Positions 10,891-19,062 of a stretch of 64,000 nt of DNA are shown piece by piece. Made by a program: the position numbers and the translations under genes. The stretch comes from an uncultured PS1 clade bacterium (GTDB lineage Bacteria > Pseudomonadota > Alphaproteobacteria > MED-G09). Below the pieces are notes generated by a model that saw nothing but the letters and a program-made list of their open reading frames with translations, searched no databases and was not told the DNA's origin. The DNA lies in NCBI GenBank assembly GCA_902626605.1, contig CACOFZ010000002.1, forward strand, positions 21,932 through 85,931, written 5' to 3'. The first letter of the stretch is position 1; each line of letters begins with the position of its first letter.

Positions 10891-11707
10891 TCAAGAAATT
10901 GTTATGCTCAATCCAAAAATATTTTCTCCATTATGGAAACGTTCGCCTATAAAAATCGTAGTTTTTCTGATTATTTTTTCATACCTGATTTTCTCAATAA
11001 AATATTTTAATATTTCAATTACTGAACTTATTAACGATCTAAACAAAATGAAACCGATCCTGATTTCAATGATAACCTGGAATGATTTTCTATCATGGAA
11101 TTTTAATTCAATCTTAGTAGGTATTTTACAAACTTTAGCCATGGCATTTCTTGGAACCGTCGCTGCCTCTGTAATATCTGTTCCTTTAGGACTAATTGCA
11201 TCAAGACAAGTTATAAAAATAAATTTATTTAGATTTATAATAAGAAGATTTCTGGATTTTATTCGCGGAGTTGATATTCTTATTTGGGCTTTAATTTTTG
11301 TCAGAGCATTTGGTTTGGGTCCTCTTTCAGGGGTCTTGGCAATTTTCGTGGCTGATACAGGAACTTTATCAAAACTATATTCAGAAGCTGCAGATAATAG
11401 CGATAATAAACAAATTGAAGGTCTTGTTTCGTCTGGCTCAACAAAATTATCTACTATTAGATTTGGATTATTACCTCAAGTTATGCCAATTTTTATTTCT
11501 CAAAGCCTTTATTTCTTTGAGTCAAACTCTCGATCAGCTGTTATATTGGGAATAGTTGGTGCTGGAGGTATAGGATTACAATTATCGGAAAGAATGAAAG
11601 CGCAATACTGGGATCAAGCATTTTTTATAATCATAATAATACTTATTATGGTTGCAATAATTGATAAATTATCAAGATTTTTAAGGGAAAAACTAATAAA
11701 CGACTAA
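10871..11707 (+). CDS. phnE: phosphonate ABC transporter permease (second paralog)
   Basis: Paralogous to the upstream permease (IEGLVSSGSTKLSTIRFGLLPQVMP). Overlaps it by 20 nt. Confidence 0.8.
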   Translation: MDLIMTNQEIVMLNPKIFSPLWKRSPIKIVVFLIIFSYLIFSIKYFNISITELINDLNKMKPILISMITWNDFLSWNFNSILVGILQTLAMAFLGTVAASVISVPLGLIASRQVIKINLFRFIIRRFLDFIRGVDILIWALIFVRAFGLGPLSGVLAIFVADTGTLSKLYSEAADNSDNKQIEGLVSSGSTKLSTIRFGLLPQVMPIFISQSLYFFESNSRSAVILGIVGAGGIGLQLSERMKAQYWDQAFFIIIIILIMVAIIDKLSRFLREKLIND

Positions 11708-11722
11708 ATATTAAAGAAACTC

Positions 11723-11914
11723 TTAAATAGAAATCCATATTCTAAAAGTTTGATAAACTTTATAAAACATTATTAATGAAAACATAATGGTTAAAGACAT
11801 TAAAATACGACCATATTTTGTTTCTTGATATTTTTCTGACATGTATCCAAGAACACCAGTTATTGCTCCAATAAAAGCCATTTGTAAGAAAAGTTTGTAA
11901 AGATCGGGGTTCAT
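11723..11914 (-). CDS. small 2-TM membrane protein (hypothetical)
   Basis: 63 aa with two hydrophobic helices. Only the ORF and hydrophobicity support the call. Confidence 0.35.
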   Translation of the reverse strand: MNPDLYKLFLQMAFIGAITGVLGYMSEKYQETKYGRILMSLTIMFSLIMFYKVYQTFRIWISI

Positions 11915-11988
11915 TTAATTTTCTCTCATTATAAAAGTTTATTTACTGTATTAATAATATCCGTATATTCTAGCAACATATATTTTAA

Positions 11989-12064
<76 letters not shown>

Positions 12065-12086
12065 AAAATAATAAGAAAGGATAGAC

Positions 12087-12986
12087 GTGAATTTAGAAAA
12101 AATTATAAATTTAGAAGTAACCCTAATAGCCATTCCTTTCTTCTTTTTAGCAATTTTGTTAGAAATTTTAGCTATTAAATTCCTAAAAACCAATGGAACC
12201 ATTGATACAAAAGATAATTCAGTGTCAATATTTATGGGTTTAACAAGCGTTGTTACAAATGGATTATCAGCTTTTATAACCTTAAATGTTTTATTTTGGT
12301 TTGAACAATTTCAAATTACTAAATTTCCTCTAACAATATGGACAGTTATTATATGCTTTATTCTTGATGATCTTAGATATTATACTCACCATAGGATAGT
12401 TCACAGATGCAGATGGGGTTGGGCAATGCATGTAACCCATCATTCTAGTAACAGAATTTCTCTTGCGGTAGCTCTTCGTCAAGGTTGGACAAAACATTTT
12501 ACAGGGACAATGTATCTAAAAATTCCTCTTATTCTAATTGGTTTTGATCCAATTTTAGTTATTTTTTGTGGAGCAATGAATGCCGTTTATCAATTTTTTA
12601 TTCATACAGAAACAGTTAGAAAATTTCCTAATTGGGTAGAGGCAGTATTTAATACTCCATCACACCATAGAGTTCATCATGGAAAAAACCCAGAGTTTCT
12701 TGATAAAAACTATGCTGGTACTCTCATTATTTGGGATAAATTATTTAATACTTTCGCTGAAGAGGATAAAGATAATTTTCCAGATTATGGACTTGTAAAA
12801 GATTTAGAAACTTTTAATCCCATAAAAATTGCCTTTCATGAATACTGGAATATTTTAAAAGATATGATAAGGACAGATATTTCAATAAAACAAAAATTTT
12901 TCTATCTATTTGCCCCTCCTGGCTGGAGTCATGATGGCTCAAGGAAAATGTCAACAGACATTAAAAAAGAATTTAGATCTAATTAA
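12087..12986 (+). CDS. fatty acid hydroxylase superfamily protein (sterol desaturase-like, di-iron membrane enzyme)
   Basis: Three histidine boxes HHRIVHR, HVTHHSS and HHRVHHG. N-terminal TM helices. Confidence 0.75.
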   Translation: MNLEKIINLEVTLIAIPFFFLAILLEILAIKFLKTNGTIDTKDNSVSIFMGLTSVVTNGLSAFITLNVLFWFEQFQITKFPLTIWTVIICFILDDLRYYTHHRIVHRCRWGWAMHVTHHSSNRISLAVALRQGWTKHFTGTMYLKIPLILIGFDPILVIFCGAMNAVYQFFIHTETVRKFPNWVEAVFNTPSHHRVHHGKNPEFLDKNYAGTLIIWDKLFNTFAEEDKDNFPDYGLVKDLETFNPIKIAFHEYWNILKDMIRTDISIKQKFFYLFAPPGWSHDGSRKMSTDIKKEFRSN

Positions 12987-13016
12987 AAAAAGGCCTCTAA
13001 ATAAGGCCTTTTTTAA
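12987..13016. terminator. bidirectional intrinsic terminator between convergent genes
   Basis: AAAAAAGGCCT-ctaaata-AGGCCTTTTTT. A GC stem is flanked by an A-tract on one side and a T-tract on the other, in the 49-nt gap between two convergent stops. Confidence 0.65.
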
Positions 13017-13035
13017 TTGTTTATTTCATAAGTTA

Positions 13036-15186
13036 TTAAAACCTATAAGAAATACTTCCGGAAATCATTCTTGGATGTCCATGTGTACCAATAATATAGA
13101 AAGGGTCAGTCATATTATTTACAGGGTCTAATGCACCGCCTGCGCCCAAGTTTACCCAGTTCTCAAGATCTGTATAATATTGTTCATCGGTTAAATTCTC
13201 ACCGTGAATCATAAACTCCCAATTACCTGATCTAATGCCAGTAGTAAGATTTAAAGTATAATAACTAGGATTTTTAATTGAGTCATGAGCCGGCATACTA
13301 GCACTTGTACCACGTCTATTATATTGAATATCAGCAATAAATTCCATTCCGTTATCAAGTGGCTTTTCGTAATTAGCAGCTAAGGCTACTCCATTATCAA
13401 TAGATCCTGATGGAGTTCTTCCGCTCATATCAACACCGTTAATAATTGTTCCCCTGTCCCATTTTGCACTTAGAGTACCTAACGCTGCGGCTAATGATAA
13501 ATTTTCCGTTGCTTGAAAAGCTAACTCTAGTTCAAAGCCAACATTTTCTGAATCCCCAGAATTTCCAACAGACTCAAAAGGACCCGTTGCTGACTGAATA
13601 ATAGTAGTGAAAAGTCTATCTTCATAATCAATAAGAAATGCTGCGGCAGAAAAATTACCTCTTCCATTCATAAAGGATCCTTTAAGGCCAACCTCTGTTT
13701 GAATAGCCTCCTCTTTGCTGTATGTTGATAAAGATGGATTACCTTGAGAATCAAAAATAACAGGTTCATGCCTTAAACCACCCGGTTCATATCCCTTCGA
13801 AATAGTTACATAAAACATAGTATCTTCATCAAGATTTCTTGAAATAGAAAGTCTCGGTAAAACTTCTGTTCCGTCAACTGAGTTGGCATGATCTAGACCA
13901 CTCTCAGTAACTTCAGCTGGGACAAGTTTCTTTCTTTCCCAAGAGTCAACTCTTAAACCAAATCCTATTTCCCAAGGACCTGAAGTATATGTTAGGTTAC
14001 CAAAGGCTGCTAAATGGGTAGTTTCTGTATCATCATGTTTACCTGGCACTGTAAGATCTACACCGAAAATTTGAGGTCCAAATCTAGTTGTGGCTCTCTC
14101 AACCCACTCCATTTTTGAGGAATATAAGCCAGCCTGCCACTGAAGATTATTGGAAGTATTTGATGCAAAACGTATTTCTTGAATAGTTGCCTCAAATGTT
14201 TCATCTTGACGAGCATTAAGCCATAATTCAGGCTGAAGATCGACATCAGTCAATCTTTTTGCATCTGTATCAGTGTATGATGTTATACTAGTAACATCAA
14301 AGCCATCAAGCTCCCAAGTAAGTTCTAAACTTGCTCCGTATGTCTCTTTATCATTATTTGACGGAGTTTCAATATCATTAATATAAGGGTAATCAAAATT
14401 AGGAGGAGTTCCTCTTTCTAAGGCCCAATTATTATTTGGACCATCATATTGATTAGATCTTAATGATGCATATAAGGATAAATTGTCAGATAAAGGTCCA
14501 GCGATAGAAATTCTTCCACCACTTTCTTCATAACCTGCAACACTATCATCATCAGTTGTTGGGTTATACATAAAACCATCATCTTCCCTTGTAAAAGCGA
14601 AAAGACGAACTGCCCATTCATTACTAATTGGTAAGTTTATAGAACCCTCAACATCCGTTGAACTTTGCTCTCCAGCCATCAGTTTAATATGACCAGTTAT
14701 TTCGTCAGGAGAGGGTCTTGTGCTGATAAATTTAACTGCACCACCAATATTACTTCCGCCATAAAGAACACCTTGTGGTCCTTTTAAAACTTCTATTCTA
14801 TCTAGATCACCAAACCTAGATGAAGCATCACCAAATAGCTGAACATCATCCAAATAAAAACCTACGCCTTGTGTAAGACTAAATGCCCCCATACCTCTCA
14901 TGGTTACATTTGGCCAACCATCTGTTCTAGTGTTTAGATTAAGATTTGGAACAGACATTCCAATTTTATCTAAATTTTTAATATTATGTCTAGAAATTGT
15001 TTCGCCTGATAGCGCTACGACTGTTTCAGGAATATCTAATAGACTTTCCTCTCTTTTTCTAGCTGTAACAATTATTTCTTCGAGACCTAAACTTGTCTCC
15101 TGAGCAGAAATAAAACTACTGTTATTAAAAAGCATAACTGAAAATAAAGATATGCTAACAATAAAAAATTTGAAATTATTATTCAT
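13036..15186 (-). CDS. TonB-dependent outer membrane receptor
   Basis: Signal peptide, then plug-domain region IIVTARKREESLLDIPETVVALSG. 716 aa. C-terminal aromatic residue (…SISYRF) typical of OM beta-barrels. Confidence 0.85.
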   Translation of the reverse strand: MNNNFKFFIVSISLFSVMLFNNSSFISAQETSLGLEEIIVTARKREESLLDIPETVVALSGETISRHNIKNLDKIGMSVPNLNLNTRTDGWPNVTMRGMGAFSLTQGVGFYLDDVQLFGDASSRFGDLDRIEVLKGPQGVLYGGSNIGGAVKFISTRPSPDEITGHIKLMAGEQSSTDVEGSINLPISNEWAVRLFAFTREDDGFMYNPTTDDDSVAGYEESGGRISIAGPLSDNLSLYASLRSNQYDGPNNNWALERGTPPNFDYPYINDIETPSNNDKETYGASLELTWELDGFDVTSITSYTDTDAKRLTDVDLQPELWLNARQDETFEATIQEIRFASNTSNNLQWQAGLYSSKMEWVERATTRFGPQIFGVDLTVPGKHDDTETTHLAAFGNLTYTSGPWEIGFGLRVDSWERKKLVPAEVTESGLDHANSVDGTEVLPRLSISRNLDEDTMFYVTISKGYEPGGLRHEPVIFDSQGNPSLSTYSKEEAIQTEVGLKGSFMNGRGNFSAAAFLIDYEDRLFTTIIQSATGPFESVGNSGDSENVGFELELAFQATENLSLAAALGTLSAKWDRGTIINGVDMSGRTPSGSIDNGVALAANYEKPLDNGMEFIADIQYNRRGTSASMPAHDSIKNPSYYTLNLTTGIRSGNWEFMIHGENLTDEQYYTDLENWVNLGAGGALDPVNNMTDPFYIIGTHGHPRMISGSISYRF

Positions 15187-15264
15187 AATACCCCCCCGGA
15201 TTTATATAATAAGTTACTAATAACCGCATAATTTTATAAAATATGCAAATTTTTAATTAAACAA

Positions 15265-15357
15265 TTATTTAATAAAGCTTAATCCCAAGAAAAAAACTGG
15301 CGATAAACAAACCGCCATAATCAAAATAATTAAAATTGCTAATAAAAATTTTTTCAT
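15265..15357 (-). CDS. tiny hydrophobic peptide (30 aa, MKKFLLAILIILIMAVCLSPVFFLGLSFIK), candidate
   Basis: Not in the ORF track (<60 aa). Its start ATG overlaps the stop of the upstream 69-aa gene in a TAATG arrangement. Its N-terminus is paralogous to that gene's signal peptide (MKKLILLAIL vs MKKFLLAIL). Confidence 0.3.
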   Translation of the reverse strand: MKKFLLAILIILIMAVCLSPVFFLGLSFIK

Positions 15358-15566
15358 TATTTCATTGAACACATTCTTGGAACTGCATGATTTTCTTTAT
15401 TCTCCATTACTTGAACAATACCAACACCATCAGCAACCGCAAATTTCATCCCATCGACACAATAAGTGGTAATACCTTTATCTGAGTATAAAGTTTTTAC
15501 ATGAGCAAAAATATTACTTGGTAATAAACTTGAAAATAAAATAGCTAATAAGATTAATTTTTTCAT
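15357..15566 (-). CDS. small secreted protein (signal peptide plus 48-aa mature part with 2 Cys), hypothetical
   Basis: MKKLILLAILFSSLLPSNIFA-HVK... Same strand as, and immediately upstream of, the TonB receptor gene. Confidence 0.45.
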   Translation of the reverse strand: MKKLILLAILFSSLLPSNIFAHVKTLYSDKGITTYCVDGMKFAVADGVGIVQVMENKENHAVPRMCSMK

Positions 15567-15695
15567 TTAATTCTCCTTTAATTTCAGAATCAATTGATTC
15601 ATATTTTTTTTAAAGTAAGATTTTAAAAATTAGAAATATAAAAAAATTTAAAAAAGAAGGTCTCTTTTTATAAATTTATAAACTTAGGAAATCCT

Positions 15696-16505
15696 ATGAT
15701 TAGCTTAAAGAGAAATAAAAAAGGAGAGCTTCAAAAAGCACCAGGGTTAAGAACTCGAAAATCCTCAATCTACACCCCTAACCAAGAAAAAGATTTTGTA
15801 ATCAGTAGAGGTAAATTTTCTGACTTCCTTACATGTCCTAGATGTTTTTATATTGATAGAGTAGCGGGTATAATTTCACCTACGCCCCCTGGTTGGACGC
15901 TTAATGCTTTAACAGATACTCTTTTAAAAGATGAGTTCGATGAATGTCGAGCAAAACAAAAATCGCATAGGATTTTAATTGAGAATAATCTTAGTCACAT
16001 AGTTCCTTTCCAGCATGATGATATTGATAAGTGGAGAAATTCTCTTCATTACGGTCTAGAAGCCCGATTTAAAGACACTAATATAATTTTAAAGGGTGGA
16101 GTGGATGATGTTTGGATTAATACAAAAACAGATGAATTGGTTGTTGCTGATTATAAATCCCAACAAAGTAATTTTGAGGTTACACAAGAAACATATTTTA
16201 GTAGCCCTTTTAAAGATGGGTATAAAAAACAATTAGACTTTTATGCATATTTATTAATGGAAATGGACTTTAATGTGTCGAAAGACTCCTATTTATATAT
16301 TTGCAATGCCATTAATCAAAATAAAGGATTTAATGGTGAAATGATTTTTGATGAAATTCTCATTCATTATGAAATTGATACATCCTACATAGATCAAGAA
16401 ATACAAAATATGATTAATGTCCTTAATTCAGATAAACCTCCTCAATCTAATGAAAGTTGTGAAAACTGCGCTTATGCCAATAAAAGATCTGAATTAAATT
16501 TATAG
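15696..16505 (+). CDS. PD-(D/E)XK nuclease, Cas4/RecB-like with 4 conserved Cys (putative Fe-S)
   Basis: N-terminal FLTCPRCFY, which is Cas4/AddB-like. Motif II GGVDDVW. Motif III LVVADYKS (D-x-K). QxxxY motif QLDFYAYLL. C-terminal CENC. Confidence 0.6.
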   Translation: MISLKRNKKGELQKAPGLRTRKSSIYTPNQEKDFVISRGKFSDFLTCPRCFYIDRVAGIISPTPPGWTLNALTDTLLKDEFDECRAKQKSHRILIENNLSHIVPFQHDDIDKWRNSLHYGLEARFKDTNIILKGGVDDVWINTKTDELVVADYKSQQSNFEVTQETYFSSPFKDGYKKQLDFYAYLLMEMDFNVSKDSYLYICNAINQNKGFNGEMIFDEILIHYEIDTSYIDQEIQNMINVLNSDKPPQSNESCENCAYANKRSELNL

Positions 16506-16703
16506 GTCTTTCTTCTTCATAAAACCAATTGTTAGTTGATGAATCTCTAGATCATTTTCTTTTAGTAAAAAATCTAATTGAGACTCAGCAAAAATATATT
16601 CAACTGAATCTTTACCGAATAAATAAAATGCTCGTTTTTTAAGATCATTCCATTGCTCAATTCTTTTCACTATTTCTTTTGATATTTTATTTTTTTTATT
16701 CAT
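16500..16703 (-). CDS. hypothetical small protein (67 aa)
   Basis: Strong SD (AAGGAGG) 6 nt upstream of the ATG. Convergent 6-nt overlap with the nuclease gene. No recognisable domain. Confidence 0.5.
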   Translation of the reverse strand: MNKKNKISKEIVKRIEQWNDLKKRAFYLFGKDSVEYIFAESQLDFLLKENDLEIHQLTIGFMKKKDL

Positions 16704-16895
16704 TCTTGCCTCCTTTATTAAAGTTAAAATAAAGGCATAAAAAAAGCCCCTACGATAAACATCGTAAGAGCCCTTAATCGTATTGTTGTTATGGAGCCTT
16801 TATCAAGGTCTTAACCTAAAACCACATCGTTTGGACCACCTTTGCCCGATTAAGGCTGGTTGGCGGAGCTTTCACTCTCTCTTGATGTAATTCAA
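16704..16895 (-). promoter_or_regulatory. structured 5' leader / candidate riboswitch-like element with intrinsic terminator and SD-sequestering hairpin upstream of the 67-aa gene
   Basis: Locally GC-rich (about 45-50%) noncoding segment. On the minus strand GGGCUCUUACGAU-GUUU-AUCGUAGGGGC is followed by UUUUU (fwd 16741-16773). A second hairpin GCCUUUAUU/AAUAAAGG overlaps the SD. Long-range pairing CCCTTAATCG (16771-80) / CGATTAAGG (16847-55). Confidence 0.4.
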
Positions 16896-16988
16896 TTATA
16901 GCTTAAAAAAGCAAATATTGCATTAATTTAATTCATTGTAATAAAATTTATATAGATCTTATAAATATTTTTTACTAACGTTATACAA

Positions 16989-17840
16989 ATGGTATTTAAT
17001 CAAAATAATGATTTTAATTCTTATACAAAGGAACAAAAAAAAGTCCTAGATTTGGAAAAAAAATATTTCAATATTCTTTTTAAAATCTTTTCACATCAAA
17101 ACTTTGAAGATGAATTAAGAGCAATTATGAACGATATAAACTCTGACTGGAAAAGAATATATGAGTTTTGGGGCAAAAAAAATGTAGTTGAATTAGCAGT
17201 CGAGAGACATATTAACTATAGAATTTATAATGACTCATCATTGAAAAATATTATTCAATCCATTTATCCATCTGTCATAAGTTCAGACACTGCATTTGTA
17301 ACGAATGATGCAGTAATAAATATTGACTCTAAAACAATAAGTGTAAGTGGTAATAAAAATGATTGGACACGACAAACAGTTGGATGCAACCAAACTTCCT
17401 TTGATAATAAATTAAACTTTTTTTCAAAAGGAAAAAATTTGTCTTTACCGATAACAAGTTTGTTAAAAAGTTATCATAAATCTAAACCTGTTTTATCTTT
17501 TTTCTTATCAACCCTTTATCATAGCGATGATAAGAATCAAAAAGACTCTTGGTACGTAGACTCTAAATATAAAAATAAACCGTATTATAGTGATAAAACT
17601 AAAGATAAAACTATAGTTAAAGAAATATTTAAAAAAAACATAAAGTTTTCTTGCATGCCCCACAATGAGTTATCAAGTTTATTTGAATATAATATTATAT
17701 CAGGGGTTAAATCATACAAACCTCCAGATGTACCTAAACCAACTGGTACGTCATCAGTAAGAGTTGAACATGAAAATCTTAAACATAGATATGACTCTAA
17801 TGGAAATTACTGGGAAGGAATGAAATTATGGACATTTTAA
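16989..17840 (+). CDS. putative type II restriction endonuclease (uncharacterised family) paired with the C5-MTase
   Basis: Convergent with the MTase gene with a 4-nt overlap, the classic R/M arrangement. Possible PD-(D/E)XK-like TNDAVINIDSK. No other recognisable domain. Confidence 0.4.
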   Translation: MVFNQNNDFNSYTKEQKKVLDLEKKYFNILFKIFSHQNFEDELRAIMNDINSDWKRIYEFWGKKNVVELAVERHINYRIYNDSSLKNIIQSIYPSVISSDTAFVTNDAVINIDSKTISVSGNKNDWTRQTVGCNQTSFDNKLNFFSKGKNLSLPITSLLKSYHKSKPVLSFFLSTLYHSDDKNQKDSWYVDSKYKNKPYYSDKTKDKTIVKEIFKKNIKFSCMPHNELSSLFEYNIISGVKSYKPPDVPKPTGTSSVRVEHENLKHRYDSNGNYWEGMKLWTF

Positions 17841-19039
17841 TATAATTGCTCTTTAACCTCCCTTGCTATTACCTCTGCTAGCTTTACTGGTACAGCATTA
17901 CCAATTTGTTTATACATACTACCTAAAGCACCATAAAAAACAAAATCATCAGGAAAAGTTTGTAAAATTGCACATTCCCTAACACTCATCCTACGTTTCT
18001 TATTTGGGTGTATTTCTGGTCCTGTTGCGGTTATGGTATCGCTTGGGGTTTCCCAATTACTGATTCTTAATGATTGCTCAAAAACAATGGTTTTCTCTTC
18101 TAAAATAGTGACTTGATCATCATATTTATCATCAAAATTAAGTAATTTTTTCAGCTCCCACCAATCCTCTGGGTTAGGAATACTTCCTGAGTTATTATCT
18201 TTTCTAAACCAATGCCCTGCAGTATGTGCATAGCCAAAATGTTCATCAATTTTTTTTGTTGACCATTCGCTTTTATTTCTCCATTCCCTCAAATAATCAC
18301 ATATATCATGTTGATTAACATCATACTTTCTTCCCCAAAATTTTTCACTTACGTTAGTTCTGGCTATATGATTGTGAATTACTGTTCCATTTAAATTGAA
18401 TTCTTTATCTCTAATTCTTACAGACTTTAAGTGGCCAATTACATCTTTTACAGGAACATACGGTTTTGTTGAATTATTAAATAAATCATTTCCAAGGCCA
18501 TGAGTAATAGGAGGAAAAATATTATCAACACCAATATTATTTCCTATAATAATCACGCGCTCTCTATTTTGAGGTACTCCATAATCACTTGCTTTAAGTA
18601 ATCGATAGTCAACTTTATAACCAATTTCTTTAAAATCTTTTAAAATCATCTCCATTACCTCTCCACCCTGAAGTGATAAGATTCCTTTCACATTTTCAGC
18701 TATGAAAAACTTTGGTTTTTTATCTTTTAAAATCCTTAACATCTCTAAATAAAGAAAATTTCTTTCATCTTTAATACTGCGCTTAATATTCGCTACTGAA
18801 AAACCTTGGCAAGGAAAACCTCCTAATAAAACATCAAAATCATTGGGTATTTCAGAGCTTGGTATTTTTGTAATATCCCCCAGGACAATATGATCACCAA
18901 TATTTTCGCGGTAAGTCTTTACGGCATCCTTTTCAAAGTCATTTGCCCAAATAATATCAAATCCTTGATTTTTAAAACCAAGATCTAGTCCTCCGCAGCC
19001 AGAGAATAAGCCCACAACTGATAATTTCTTTTTAGCCAA
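17837..19039 (-). CDS. DNA (cytosine-5)-methyltransferase
   Basis: Motif I GLFSGCGGLDLGF, motif IV GGFPCQGFS, motif VI ENVKGIL. C-terminal region is consistent with a TRD and motifs IX/X. 400 aa. Confidence 0.9.
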   Translation of the reverse strand: MAKKKLSVVGLFSGCGGLDLGFKNQGFDIIWANDFEKDAVKTYRENIGDHIVLGDITKIPSSEIPNDFDVLLGGFPCQGFSVANIKRSIKDERNFLYLEMLRILKDKKPKFFIAENVKGILSLQGGEVMEMILKDFKEIGYKVDYRLLKASDYGVPQNRERVIIIGNNIGVDNIFPPITHGLGNDLFNNSTKPYVPVKDVIGHLKSVRIRDKEFNLNGTVIHNHIARTNVSEKFWGRKYDVNQHDICDYLREWRNKSEWSTKKIDEHFGYAHTAGHWFRKDNNSGSIPNPEDWWELKKLLNFDDKYDDQVTILEEKTIVFEQSLRISNWETPSDTITATGPEIHPNKKRRMSVRECAILQTFPDDFVFYGALGSMYKQIGNAVPVKLAEVIAREVKEQLY

Positions 19040-19062
19040 AACCTTACCTATTTATAATTAGA

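Noticed and set aside
16742-16890. GC-rich segment considered as a tRNA, SRP (4.5S) RNA or 6S RNA gene
   Set aside because: No cloverleaf or T-loop (GGTTCGA-type) was found. The SRP domain-IV consensus (GGAAG…AGCAGC) is also absent. It was kept only as an unclassified structured leader/small-RNA candidate.
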